Positions 47,764 through 60,135 are shown, counted from the first letter of the whole stretch. The stretch: 62,729 nt of DNA, filler included, from Asterionella formosa (GCA_002256025.1; 10 parts of 10 records of this genome joined end to end with filler, not necessarily neighbours in it); one strand, 5' to 3'. Program-made: numbers and translations. The notes: generated by a model not told the origin, from the sequence alone.

Positions 47764-50520
47764 TGTCACAGGGATGTGAGATAACTGATGGGTTTCCGGG
47801 TTATGATTTGAATTCGAATTGTATCTTGCCACCGATTTACGTTTTTGGTGTTTGTGATGGACATTTGAGGTTCATCTGTGGGTCTTCTTCTAGGTGTTCT
47901 GATGACAATTGGACTATCGTCTGGAATGGGCCTTTTATGCGATATATGTGCTCATCATTCCTGAATATCTGAAGGCTTCTATGGGTCTTCGTTTTTCGCG
48001 GTTGTATTGGCGAGCATTTGCCTGGCTTGGATTATTGTAGATAAGGCAAAATACTTGATACAATCATATAATTAAAATTAGACTTATTCCCCTGTGTCTA
48101 CTGTCTTGCTGATTATAGCAAACTACGTTTATTTACGGATATTCGTCAGTTTCCCTCACGCTTCCCCTGCGCAAAACGACAATCGTCATTAGAAGACTTC
48201 CGTCTAACATTCTCTATCGATCCAATCGACTTCGTGGACTTGATCCTAACATGGCTCAAGCAATCAATGCCCCCGCGGTTTTCATTTTCACCCTTACATC
48301 TGCTCTTGCAAACCCAGACCCTGTCGATTACAACACCAGTGAGGGAATGAAACTCTACAAGTCTGTCACTGAGAAACTTCATCACACCTTCGACGGTGAG
48401 ACAGGCAGTCTCCGCCTCTTCCTTCAGGCCTTGCAGCAGAGAGCGGATGCATTAGGATGGTAGTCCATCCTCACTGTTCCCGATGACAAGAACATTGGAC
48501 GCAACTTGATTACAGAGTATGGTCGTGTTTCCATGGCAAATGTAATTCCTCACGCAACCACCCATGTGCATAGACGCGTGACGCACAGAACAGTGCCCAG
48601 CTGTTCACGTGCATCTATGACTCTTTGTCCCTTGAGGCATTGCTCAAGGTGTCTACGGACTCATCTACATATCAACTTGCATCTCCCAACGCCCCTACAC
48701 ATGTGGTTGCCAGCGGAGCCGCCTTCCTCAAGCTACTTATCACGAGGTATACAGTTGATACCCGATCTACTGTCGCAACTATTCGCCGCACTCTAAGTGC
48801 GCATGACCAGTACATCCTGTCTGTAAATTGCGACATTGAAAAATTCAACCTACATGCTGTGCATGTACAGCGCGATGCCTTGTTGTCTCGTGGTGAAACA
48901 TTGTCTGACCTCTTGACCAATCTATTTATGGCATACAAGGCCGTGGAAGACAAGGTTTTCCATGACTATATGGTTGGACAGCAGAACCAGTATCATGATG
49001 GGCAAGTGGGTTTTGATGCTGACTCCCTAATGGACCTTGCCCTCAATAAATTTAAGATGCTTGTAGAATCTAAAAGGTGGAATCTACCTTCTGCTCAGGA
49101 TGTCAGATTGGAGGCTCAAATTGTTGCACTCACGGCCAAATTTGAATATTTCAAGGCCAACCGAAATGTCACTCCTAACGGCAAGAAAGAAAAGGAGAAA
49201 GCTAGAAAGGCTAAGCTTGCCAAGAAATGGGATTGGAAATTGGTTCCCCCTCAGGAAAATGACCCCAAAACTAAGACTGTGGACACCAAGGAATATCATT
49301 CTTGGTGTCTCCACCATGCTTCATGGACAGTGCATACAGCAAAGGAATGTAATCTTCATGGACAGTGCATACAGCAAAGGAGTGTAATCTAAATTCTAAT
49401 GCAACACCTGCGACCAATAAGCCAGTGAAGAAACCCATCAAGGACAAATTGGCTGATGCGATTACCCTCTCCAACGCTTTGGCCAGTATCATGGAGACGC
49501 AGGATGATGATGTGATGACGATTCAAACAAGGGAGAGGACGATGTTTCAGTCACAGGCTAGGGAATGGGCCGGAAAATGATGACCATTTTAAGTAGCTTT
49601 TTTAGCTATTGGTTATATCAATCCATTCTCTGCGGGCCGGTTTTTGCTGTGACTCTCATGACGGATTACCTTTTTATGTCATTGGAAGCATGCCTATGGT
49701 GCATATGGTTTCTTGTGATCTTTGTGAACACCCCTTTATGCGCTCTGCATCATCTAGTCGGTACATACCAAAGCGAAAACGTTCCAAGATTCCTCTATAT
49801 GCTTACGCTGGGTTACAATATGGTATAGGCATTTGCAAAGCCATGCTACGAAAGATGGAATTCTCTCTGGCCCAATCATCAAAACGGTGCCAACCTCGCC
49901 ATGGGCAATCAGGGGTTTGTGTGGGCAAAAAATGGAAGGTCCCTGCCTACATAGCAATGTCACACCCTCCTATGGGATACAGTATGTCCACCACCCATCA
50001 AGGTTGCTCAGTCACACCACAACCATTTGACTCTGACAGTTATCTACTAATGATTGACAAGTGCTGTTCTAAATGAATGCGTCACTAATTGTCGTACCAA
50101 CCTTGTAGGTACCCCTACCTAGGTAAGGGCCCAAATAAGTGGCATGGGAGGCCCGATACCAGTTCTACTGAAGGGAACGGTTAAGTGGAAAATAGAAGAT
50201 GATACAGGACGTGTTCACATTTTTCGTATTCCTGGGACATTTTATGTGCCCAAGGCCCCATTTAGGATGTTATCACCCCAACACTGGAGCAAAGAAATTA
50301 ACCATGTTCGGATTGTAACTAAGGGAGCATGGTGCACTACCTTTGAAGATAGTAGGGTGACCCTGTGTTGGGATGATAATCGCTATGATCGAAATGTGAA
50401 GCTGGATCCGGCTACAAATTTATCTACATTGCTAACTGCTCCAGGGACTAACTGATATCAAATATATGAGGCGATTCTCAAAATGCAAGCAGAGTTCAAA
50501 ACAGAGCTTAGGTATTTTAA
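47764..50520 (+). mobile_element. 3'-truncated CoDi-type copia: 5' LTR (47764-48181), disrupted gag (48251-49580), protease region
   Basis: LTR TGTC...GACA. Gag with DIEKFN, NLF.AY..V.D..F..Y and WC.HH..W..H...C knuckle. FDSDS..MID.CCS protease motif; KGTVKWKIEDD...SPQHWSKEI is shared with the 31465 element. Confidence 0.85.
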
Positions 50521-50756
50521 ACTAAACACCACTGTTCCTGGCAATAAGTGCATCTGGTCTGATGGTCAGGCAACAGAGCAAGATTCAACACCTTCGTGAA
50601 AACCAAGATTCGTTCTCGATTTAAAGATATCAGAACCCATCGTTAAACCATCAGATAATGAAGGAATGATTTCTTGAAAAACAAGATTCAATATCGGTGT
50701 AGATCTCAGAACTCAGCAGCATGATCATGAAGGAATATTAACAAACCTTTCTGAGA

Positions 50757-50817
50757 GAATGGCTTTAGGATAAGCGCCTTGCCTTTGATCTCAGATTGTG
50801 AGGTTCAATTCCCACAC
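50757..50817 (+). mobile_element. tRNA-like SINE head or tRNA pseudogene
   Basis: GAATGGCTT...TTGCCTTTGATCT.AG.TTGTGAGGTTCAATTCCC (B box); aligns to the SINE head at 51687-51756. Confidence 0.55.
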
Positions 50818-51399
50818 ATGGAATCTTTGGATGATTCCCAGTGAACAGGATAATGAGCATTTCTGAGCAAGACACTTACAATCAATTCTATTTGATGCAT
50901 GCCCCCTCAATGAATTAAGCCCATTCTTTCCATACATTTGCCAGTTGTTCAATGCTCATGGTGGCTTGGTTTTGTTCTGCATTGTCGGAAGTAGCCGAAT
51001 CTTGCACGAAACAAAGCGATCCATTGAGAGCAGCAGCGTATTTGCGCAAAGGATACCAAAGCAATGACTGGGCTTGAATCGTCTTCTATGCCTTGGCCGA
51101 TGTTGTAACTTAGCATGAACACAATTACACAGCTTTGGGTGATGGTTCATGCCATCTTGTGTGTCATGCCAGGCAATAATGAGGATTGCTGTTATCCCTC
51201 ACTATGTTGCCAGTAAACTTTTTTTGTATCTAGTTTGAGGAGTGGAAAGGGCTTCATTGTAGTACTTGTAATGACATGTTGTTAAGGAGTTCTGAAAGGA
51301 ATTCGATGGACAGACACACTATAAGCACCTAAATATCTATATTCATGTCATGCAAAGAAGAAATAGCCAATTATATGCATGATAATAAAATGATAATCT

Positions 51400-51756
51400 G
51401 TTTTATAGCCCATTCCTACTCCCCTTTTTCAAGGCAAGTATTCATTGTTGTGCTGCCTGCCGACAAGTCCTGTGCTTCCCTCGTTTTGTTAGCGTAGGTG
51501 AGTCCCCAACCACCCTTCACGAAAGATGATTGTCTTAGCCGCAGCGTTAGGGGAAACTCCGACCGCCTAGGAGGGCGGCACAAGCTGCTTGTAGGGGGGC
51601 AACCCACTATTTCTTGCACACCAGGCAAGACCGTGCGGGACGGTAAGGAGTGTGGGAGATGAACCCAACAATCGCTTCTCAAAAAAGTTGCGGGAAACGA
51701 ACCTCACAAACTCAGATCAAAGGCAACATGCTCAACCAACTACCGTAAGCCATTCC
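51400..51756 (-). mobile_element. putative tRNA-derived SINE, apparently full length (about 360 bp)
   Basis: Minus strand has an A-box-like TAGTTGGTTGAGC, B box GGTTCGTTTCCC, a GC-rich body and a 3' end GGAATGGGCTATAAAAC followed by an AT-rich tail. Confidence 0.6.
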
Positions 51757-51805
51757 TATATATATATATATACATGATAGTACTATGCATCCATAGTAGT
51801 AATAA

Positions 51806-51972
51806 GAATTTCCCCGAACTCTGCAGCTAAGACAATCACCTTTCGCAAAAGGTGGTTAGGGACTCACCTACACAAACACAACTAGGAGGCACAGTTCTTG
51901 TCAGCAGTTAGCACAATGAATATACTTGCTGCCTATGTATAGAGAAAGGGGAGTACCAATGGGCTGTAAAAC
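51806..51972 (+). mobile_element. 5'-truncated copy of the same SINE, inverted
   Basis: Diverged reverse-complement match to 51400-51559, ending at the same 3' terminus (AATGGGCTGTAAAAC). Confidence 0.65.
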
Positions 51973-53838
51973 TTTATTAAACTCGCCTTTGTACTTGGCT
52001 ACAAAATTTCAATGTAATGTAATATCATGCTAACAATGTATTTTTCTATGAGATGTGATTCTAGCTGTGGTTGGTTCTTGTTGACAGTGACGAGATCTTC
52101 CAGTGCTAGGTACTAGTACTACTGCCATCTTGGTGCTTTCATGGCTTTTGGTTGTTGTTTGTAGTTGGCGCTTTGTCAAAGAAGTCTTTTCCTTGATTTC
52201 GTAGATGTCATTTCTATTGTGGTGCTTGTTTTGTTATGATGGCATGTGATGCTTTGGGTGACATTTCCATCTTGGCACTTGCTCATTATCAGACAAAGTG
52301 GGAGCTTTCAACCTGTTGATTGGCGATTTTTGTCAATTTACAATAGCTAGATTTAATCATACTAGAAAAACTCCTTTGATTTCTTTCTGTAAAATAGTCA
52401 CACTAATGGCATGACATTTCATACTTCGAGGTCAACAGCACCATGAAAAAGTGGAGCATCATAGTGATGATACTTAGTATACATCATATTTGTAACTCCT
52501 CGTACATGATGTCTCATGTCAAAACATAGTACCAGATCTAAAAATCCAAAACAATATATTATTGTTACTTTGCGATTTTCAAGTACTTCATCATCTCTCA
52601 GCCAATCTTGATCACATTTCGGAAATGTTTGTTCCTGACCTGTTACCATTGAAGATCCATGTTACACTGTGATATATTTTAGTGATTATTTGGAGAATGG
52701 AGCATTTTCAGTTCTACCAGTACCAGGGTACCACCAAAAACTGAGAGTCAACGTTTGGAAGATTTTGAGCTGAGAGTCAACGTTGAATCGAGTAAATTCA
52801 CGTTTTGGGCTAAATATGCTAGTTACGAACATAATTATTCAAGCTTTACTGTAGCGATTTATGTACTAACCAATAATGATTGTGCTTTGAACTCGTCAAT
52901 TAGCTAGCATTACTTCCGTATTTGGTCCCAAAGGTTGAAGTCGACGAGAAATGGAATAAAAAAGCTAAATTAATTTTAACTCCATTCAGCTTGCATCACC
53001 TTTTATATACTATGTATACTGGCATTAGAAAGCATTTCTGTCGGTAGATTCATTTCGTGTCCGATTAGTTTTTTTTGTGATAGTAAAATATAGAACGACA
53101 TCATTTTGCATTCTCCTCTACCTAAATGGAGAACATCAGCTGCAACCTCTTGGCTTGACTACCTGAAACACTACATACGAGGATTTGTCATGAAATCACA
53201 AAAAAACCCATGAAATGAATTGAAACAAGAGGAGCGAGGACCACCGGAGAGATGAGAACTTGAAGTGATTGATATGCGAGGTCCAAACGAATACTTGAAG
53301 AATATGCTACCAGTACTGTTATGATTGGCACTTAATGGTAAAACCTTGGAACCTGTTACCGCCAGGTACCTGGCAACGGTAGTTGGTACCGCTGATTATA
53401 GGATCAACAAAAGTAATGGAAAAAAGTTTTGTGGTAACAATCGAGTTAAAAAAACAGTTTGGGGGAGAAAATCTTCATGTATAAATTAAAAATTATGATT
53501 CAAAATGGGTAAAACTAAATGTCTTAGATCTTCAAAACTGTTTTACTACTTTAGAACTGATTAAATGATAGCTATCCCTACTCTATCGACTACAATACTG
53601 TTTGCAATTGGTTCGAATTTTATCATTTAAGGTTGCAGCCACGCAGTCACACATTGCGAGGTCCGTTTTTTCCCAAAATATTTTTATTTATGAGTCAATT
53701 TTTACTTGTGCCTGAATTTTCTTGTATCAAGCTCAGCCGTAGTTGGAGGCTGACCAAGCATCAACACACCACTTCAGTGTTTTTAACACATGTACACATT
53801 GATACCACGAAAATATGTGTTGGCTCAAGTGAAACTGC

Positions 53839-54018
53839 TGGGGGGGGGGGGGGGGGGTTTTTTTGATTTTTTCCCCTTTTTTTTTGTTNNNNNNNNNNCC
53901 CCCCACCCCCCCCCCCCCCCCCCCCCCCCCCACACCACCCCCCCCCCCCCACCCCCCCCACCCCCCACCCCCCCCCCCCCCCCCCCCCCCCCCCGGCCGC
54001 CCCCCCCCCCCCCCCCCT
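53839..54018. other. poly-G/poly-C low-quality stretch around a 10-N gap
   Basis: Homopolymer runs flank the Ns; probably a sequencing or assembly artefact. Confidence 0.7.
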
Positions 54019-54290
54019 TAATTTTGCTACTGCAGCCTTTTTTTGTTTTCTTCTTTGCAATAGTCTAGGAAGAGGCAATGATTTGTCATCGTCATAAGTG
54101 CTACTAGTATGCAAATTAAGAGAAAAGTCAGGGTCTTCTTCATATCCTTCTGCTATGCTGGAAGACAAGTACTATGACAGAGGCAAGTATCAATACTTGT
54201 TTGACCAAGAAAGATGAAGGGTAATTATAAAGAGTGTATATCACAAAAAAATCTAGTTGGCGTAATATTTGTGTCATGCTTGCATATTTA

Positions 54291-55480
54291 CAGTAAATTT
54301 TATCAGTGACAAGGGACATGATACATACTGATCAACGGCTGTATCATTGATACAGCCTTGTCAGGGGTCCAAAAACTGTATCAGTGATACAATAATGATA
54401 CCACGCTGGTGATCAGGCCGAAAATCCCGTTGGTGATACAAACCGCCAATTTTGAAGGTACATTTTTAGTAAAGATATATATCGGCGTTTCATTTACAGG
54501 TAGGTATTAATCCTAGCTAAAGAATTCTAAAAGCCATGCAGGATACTTAAGTTCTACGGAGTGCAAACTTAGTCGAGTTTGCGAGTCATACAATCATTTA
54601 ATCACAGTTGTGATACCGATTTGTCGATGGGTACCATACTACATGGCTGGTACCGAAATATCTTTAGTTCGCTCACTGTATGAGGTTTTCCATGTACCAT
54701 GTCATAAATTCGAGCTACAAGTGCCGGTAGTTAATTGTCGTGCGCCATCGTCACCTCCTCTCTGCCTGCCAGATGGTACCCTGGTACCTGCACGTTGCGG
54801 TAATTTTGCTGGAGCTAATCATTTAGCTTTCTTTATCCAAGATTAAATTAATTGTTTGTTTAAGCGAAATGACCGCAACTTGCTGGTAACAGGGTACCAG
54901 GTACCTGGTGTTTGAAATGTAAGTATGGTGCTTCCTCTAGCGGGCTCCAGTCCTGCGCTGGAATGACCGGTCCAGATCTTTCTTGTGCCGCTGCCTCGTT
55001 TGTGTATTATTCTGCTATATAAATACTGTCTATTTCCGTTCAGACATTCCTCAGGCTAGATCTAGTCTATGGACACCTGTCGACATCAACAGATCAACAG
55101 ACACATTCTGACAACCTGATACTAGTCGTACCCCTGGTACCAGCTTTGAGAATGACTGGAGGAATGTTTGCAAATCATGATGCCCTAATGTGAAAAATCC
55201 TAATTGACAAGCGTTGATACAACATCAGAGGTTTAAATGAAATATCAGGGCCATTCTTATCATTCTGTTATTTGTTGTCATTGGTGTATCATCGCCGAAA
55301 TATGATACAAAAATGGCGGTTTGGTTTTTTTTGTGTATCACCAACGGTTTTTTTGGTCTGATCACCGGTGTATCATGGGTGTATCACTGATACAGTTTTT
55401 GGACCCCTGACCAATGCTGTATCACTGATACAGCCGTTGATCACTGTGTATCACATCCGTTGCCACTGATAAAATAACTG
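54291..55480. mobile_element. non-autonomous TIR element (Tc1/mariner-like MITE) with TIRs of about 165 bp
   Basis: CAGT...ACTG termini, TA on the left and TG on the right. 54291-54453 is a diverged reverse complement of about 55309-55480; repeated TGTATCA(G/C/T)TGATACA palindromes; no internal ORF. Confidence 0.8.
54785..54888. mobile_element. 104-bp mini-MITE nested in the larger TIR element
   Basis: TACCTGCACGTTGCGGTAATTTTGC ... GCGAAATGACCGCAACTTGCTGGTA form imperfect 25-bp TIRs. Confidence 0.7.
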
Positions 55481-56428
55481 TGGACATGCCAGCGCCAACT
55501 ATATAATCTATTTTGTGGATGGTAAAATCAACATCAGCAACACAGCGAAACTTGAAAACGCCACTGGTGCAATCGATTGATCTAATGGCGTCTATAACAC
55601 AAAGTCTAACCTAACACCACTTTTTGCAAGCACTTTTGTCATATAATAGTATTGTTGTAGTTGTATTAGCAGTCATAGCTTTAGTCATTGCTGTAACAAA
55701 TCAATAGTTCTGTTTGCAATCATATAAAATGACAAATGTTCCTCTTCTACATTGTTGATTCGTAATTTCTTATGCAATTTTAAAGATATAGCTATATTTC
55801 CTTTTCTATTGCATCGTTCGTACAATGATATCTTAGACCGCAAAAGCGCAGTGACTCCTTTGCCATTTTGATGGAGAAATAGCTGATTATTGACATGTTC
55901 AATGTGTTGACGAGTCTCTCAATACCTGGTACCATGGGCTAGTAGCATGTACCACACAGGCTCCGTAAGATGATACCAGTATGATATTTGTTATTTTATT
56001 CTGGTTGTTATTTTTATTTAAGCTATGCATATGCATATTACTGCTCATATATATCTAGATGCTCATAGCTGGCCTATCACCGTTGACAATCCTTGTTACT
56101 CCATGATACACTGTGATCACAAACTAGTGATACAGAGACACTTTTGGAATGAATGAAATTCAGTTCAAATCAAGTTACCATTGCTGATACTAAGAACAGC
56201 CCTCAGACTGCACGTCAGAATAGCTATTATGAATAGCCAAATCCAGGAAAGGCCCATTCCCGCTTGGGTTTTTTTGTTGGAATTTCAGTGAAGACAAAAT
56301 ATGACGTACTCTACATTCACATGATTTTGAAGACTCAGCGATGCAAAATACAATAGACAAAGCTCAAAGCAAAACATGATATATTGGCAGGACTCATCAT
56401 CGTCACAGCCATCAAATCAATAAAATAA

Positions 56429-57894
56429 ATGATGAGTATGATAAATATCTTTTCGAAAAAAGGATTTCGCAACAATATTAACTCAACATTCGATTGGTGC
56501 AAGTCCATGAAGATATTGCAAAACCACTTTCCGACAAGGCAATATAAAACTACAAGGCCTTCGAATCGTGCAAGTCACATCAAAAGCATCAATCCGAAAC
56601 AATACCATGACCAAAAACTATCAGGACCTCTTGCATATAAGACAGAGTACAAAGCCCTTCACGTGGCTATTTTGACTTGGTACTTGCTCTTCGGGGCGTT
56701 GCATGAGTTCTCCCATGTCCTCGCTGCTGCAGCCATTGGAATCGGAAACAAAATCTCTGTCAAGGATTTCCTTTTCACTGTCCTTGGACGAGGAGTCATC
56801 ATTCCTGGACTCTCCAATGCTGATCCTGTCTTGGTGATGATCATTCGTCATAGCGGATGGATATCAAGTATCCTGTTGGGTCTCGTTGTTCATTTGATCC
56901 ATTCAAGGACACGCAGTGCAACCAATAAGTGGATCAACTCCGCTTGCTCTGCTGCTTGGATTACAGCAGCGGAGGCAATAAGTACTGATCTTCTTGGCTT
57001 TGGCCTGTATGGCACCTTGAGCTCGTCCACTTTCCTTTGTGGCAACTTTGGAATTATCCTCATCAACCCACTCTGGACTGAAAGCTCCCAAAGTAGTAAA
57101 CAGGTCCTTGATTTACTTGCCAAGATGATTAATGCCACCATGATGCGAAGTGCACAGACTGGTAAAGGGATTGCTTGGGCCAAGAATGACAACAATGAGA
57201 TCTACGGGATTCGAAGTAGAGTTGTCAATGGCAAGCGGATTTATTTAAAGGTGTCAAAGACAAAGTTAAGCAAGACACATTTACCCACGGCAAGATTAAG
57301 GGAGGTATCCAAGGCTTCTATGGCCACACTCGCTTTGCTACTTCTTCAAAGGCTACTTATGACGGGACACACCCTCATCAATGGACACCTTCAACAGTCA
57401 GACGAGTGTATCTCAGGAATGCCATGAGTTCCAACAGTTGTCCAAAACCAAGCTGCTTGAAGGTAGAGAATTACATCTGTCACAATGGTGACTTTGATTT
57501 CTTTCGTGTTAACGATATTTACTGTGATCTCAACAGCATCCAAGATTGGTTGGTCAAGGCAACCGGTGCTCCTATGCCGACTTCGGTTGACAGCTGCGCC
57601 ATTGCTGGCATGATTGACATGATACATACTTCGGGATGCTTCGCTTTGAGTGCTCGTTTTGCGCTGCTTCTAGGCATGTCAGGAAGTACCATTTCTGCAA
57701 ATGATGATATTCCGTCATGGCCAGCTTTTGAGGAAGTTGGTACAGCTTTCGAGGTTGCACTTGAAGCATTCTGTGCGAAACACCTCATTTCACCTGCAAT
57801 GATAGGAGACAGTGAGGATCTCCGCCAAGGTCTCACCCTTGAAGCATCTCGAACCATCGAACCAGCATGGTACTACTCACATGAAGCCTTCACG
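56429..57894 (+). pseudogene. HExxH membrane domain fused to a class II (Ntn) glutamine amidotransferase-like domain; frameshift near 57237; 3'-truncated; start uncertain
   Basis: LHEFSH within hydrophobic helices, then CGNFG...MMRSAQTG; after the frameshift GHTRFATSS...THPHQW and ICHNGDF (GATase-2 motifs). Confidence 0.7.
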
Positions 57895-58778
57895 NNNNNN
57901 NNNNNNNNNNNNNNNNNNNNNNNNNNNNNNNNNNNNNNTTAATTAATTAANNNNNNNNNNNNNNNNNNNNNNNNNNNNNNNNNNNNNNNNNNNNCTCCTT
58001 TTCTTGTCGTTGTGGTGATTGAAAAGTAATTCTTGTTGTGCCCTTCTGCCAAAGTAGTGTTTCTACCACTTGTCGTAGAATTCTACGCAACTGATTGAAT
58101 TACGGGGAGTGATAGAAGGGCATACTTATATATAAACCTGTTCGCATATGTAAAAATAACATTCATTTGCGTGTGTGTCGTATGATGTCGCTCGTGTTTG
58201 TAATTCTTGACACTTGTCCATTACAGTACTAACATAGTCTACCTGAAATAATTTCTCTACCTCCTGACGTCGTTGAGTTCTACATGAAATCATGACCATG
58301 ATGATGCCGGAACTTTTGTCCATCATGAAATATGTTTGTACATATGCCCTTCGTGATAGTAAACCGGTATCAGTACAATAGGTACATTTATTGGAAAAAT
58401 ACCGGTGGTACCACTCCACATGGTTCGTTATAATCGTCATGTAGAAGAAGGTTGAAGTTTAGCCCAATGTATGTTTGATACCAGTATTTAACATAGATTA
58501 ATGACCCCGAGGGTCATTTTAGCTTACCCGGTATTCAGCTAAGCAAAATTCCGGAAATGATTGAGAATTTTTCCCTTTCCACCTACTGACAAAATGTTGG
58601 TACAAAAGCCTCCAAGACAAAGTGAAAGTGAGAAAACTTGCTTACCGGTACCATGTTTCTGTCTCACGATCAACCAGCTGTCATGCATGCATGCAATATT
58701 CTTTTTTAATTGGAAGAGACGAGAGAAGTGACACAGTAGAGCGTGTGATAGACCTACCACAGCTATGACAGGTACAAT

Positions 58779-59505
58779 TTATTTCACCCACTGCCTGGTT
58801 ACCTTGATAGTAATTCTGGTTTCTTTAACAACTGTAAATGAATGCTGACAAACAAAGTATATCTCCACTTCCAATTTTACCAGGTTGCTTAGACAAGTCG
58901 TGAGGTTGCTTGAGGCCCCTGCTTGTTTACTGAGTTGTTTAATATAAACAATTCTGGGACAGCTCTCCTTTAATTCAGCATCGATAGTACGAAGAATCTT
59001 CATTATTTGTGGTATTTTAGCTTTCTAATAAGAGAACATGGCCTGGCCTTGTTGATTTAGTTGAGTCACTTCACTTTTTAAATCTTGCACTCCAAGATTT
59101 ATTTGTTTCACTTCAGTTGGCAAACCTTGCAAACCCTGAACTCCATGATTTATTTGTTTCACTTCAGTTGACAGACCTTGCACTCCACGATTTATTTGTT
59201 TCACTTCAGTTGCAATCACTTGCATTGAGGTGAAATTTTTTTATTAATATCACCTTCACCTTCACTAAAATTATCAATTCAACAGTGATAGCCTTTTCCT
59301 GGATCTCTCTCAAGCTTACTAATAATATCCCCCCACCAATGATAGCGCTCGTTTGGATCCCTCCTCTTCAGCAATCCTTTAAGCAGAGTTTTCAAAAAAG
59401 TCCAGTCTTTGATTTTTGGCAAAAATGTTTCGACCTTTTCTTCACAAACTTGGTCAATCCAATCTTTTATTTTCTTAAGCTCGTCCAGCAATACTTCTTC
59501 ACGCG
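58779..59505 (-). pseudogene. fragment of a possible kinase C-terminus plus coiled-coil repeats and a Roco/TORNADO1-like tail
   Basis: LLKGLLKRRDPNER (kinase subdomain XI-like), TEVKQIN.GVQ.L repeats, CPRIVYI...FVCQHS...RQWVK; split into several short ORFs. Confidence 0.35.
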
Positions 59506-60062
59506 NNNNNNNNNNNNNNNNNNNNNNNNNNNNNNNNNNNNNNNNNNNNTTAATTAATTAANNNNNNNNNNNNNNNNNNNNNNNNNNNNNNNNNNNNNNN
59601 NNNNNGGCATAAGAAAGCAAGGAATCCGTTGGGGTCTCCTGGATCTCCTTCATTGTAGAAGTGTAATCAAATAAATGTTTTGGTGGAATCATTATATGGA
59701 TGATCAAATGGGGCGACAAACTGGCATCTGTTTTCCAGGGGAGTGAACGGCCTACTCATCAAGCTAATTGGGCGCTATCGCTTTGATGCTATAATCTGTT
59801 ACCTCCATGTCGAGACCCGTCCTGCCTGTTATGGCGGGCCTCTCTCAACTCATGCTGGCGGGCGGCGATTACCAGCTCCTTCAGGAAATCGCCACCATGC
59901 ACCTACCCAACCCAACCAACACAACTGCTATGGCCTAAAAATGGGTGCCGAGACCAGCATACCGGTCTCGGATTCGGCCTAGTAAAGCCAAAATTACCCA
60001 TAGCTGTGTACCCACGCTCGCATTTATGACGACTAAAGTCGCCCTTTCCATGGCCTTGTCTT

Positions 60063-60135
60063 GTCACGTGCTAGGAGTAGGTAAGGAGATTGTACGTGGT
60101 CACGTGCTAGGAGTAGGTAAGGAGATTGTACGTGG
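60063..60135. repeat. perfect 36-bp tandem duplication
   Basis: GTCACGTGCTAGGAGTAGGTAAGGAGATTGTACGTG twice. Confidence 0.9.

Noticed and set aside
53733..54168. Poly-Pro/poly-Gly ORFs (extensin- or formin-like)
   Set aside because: They come from homopolymer runs around an N gap; likely artefact.
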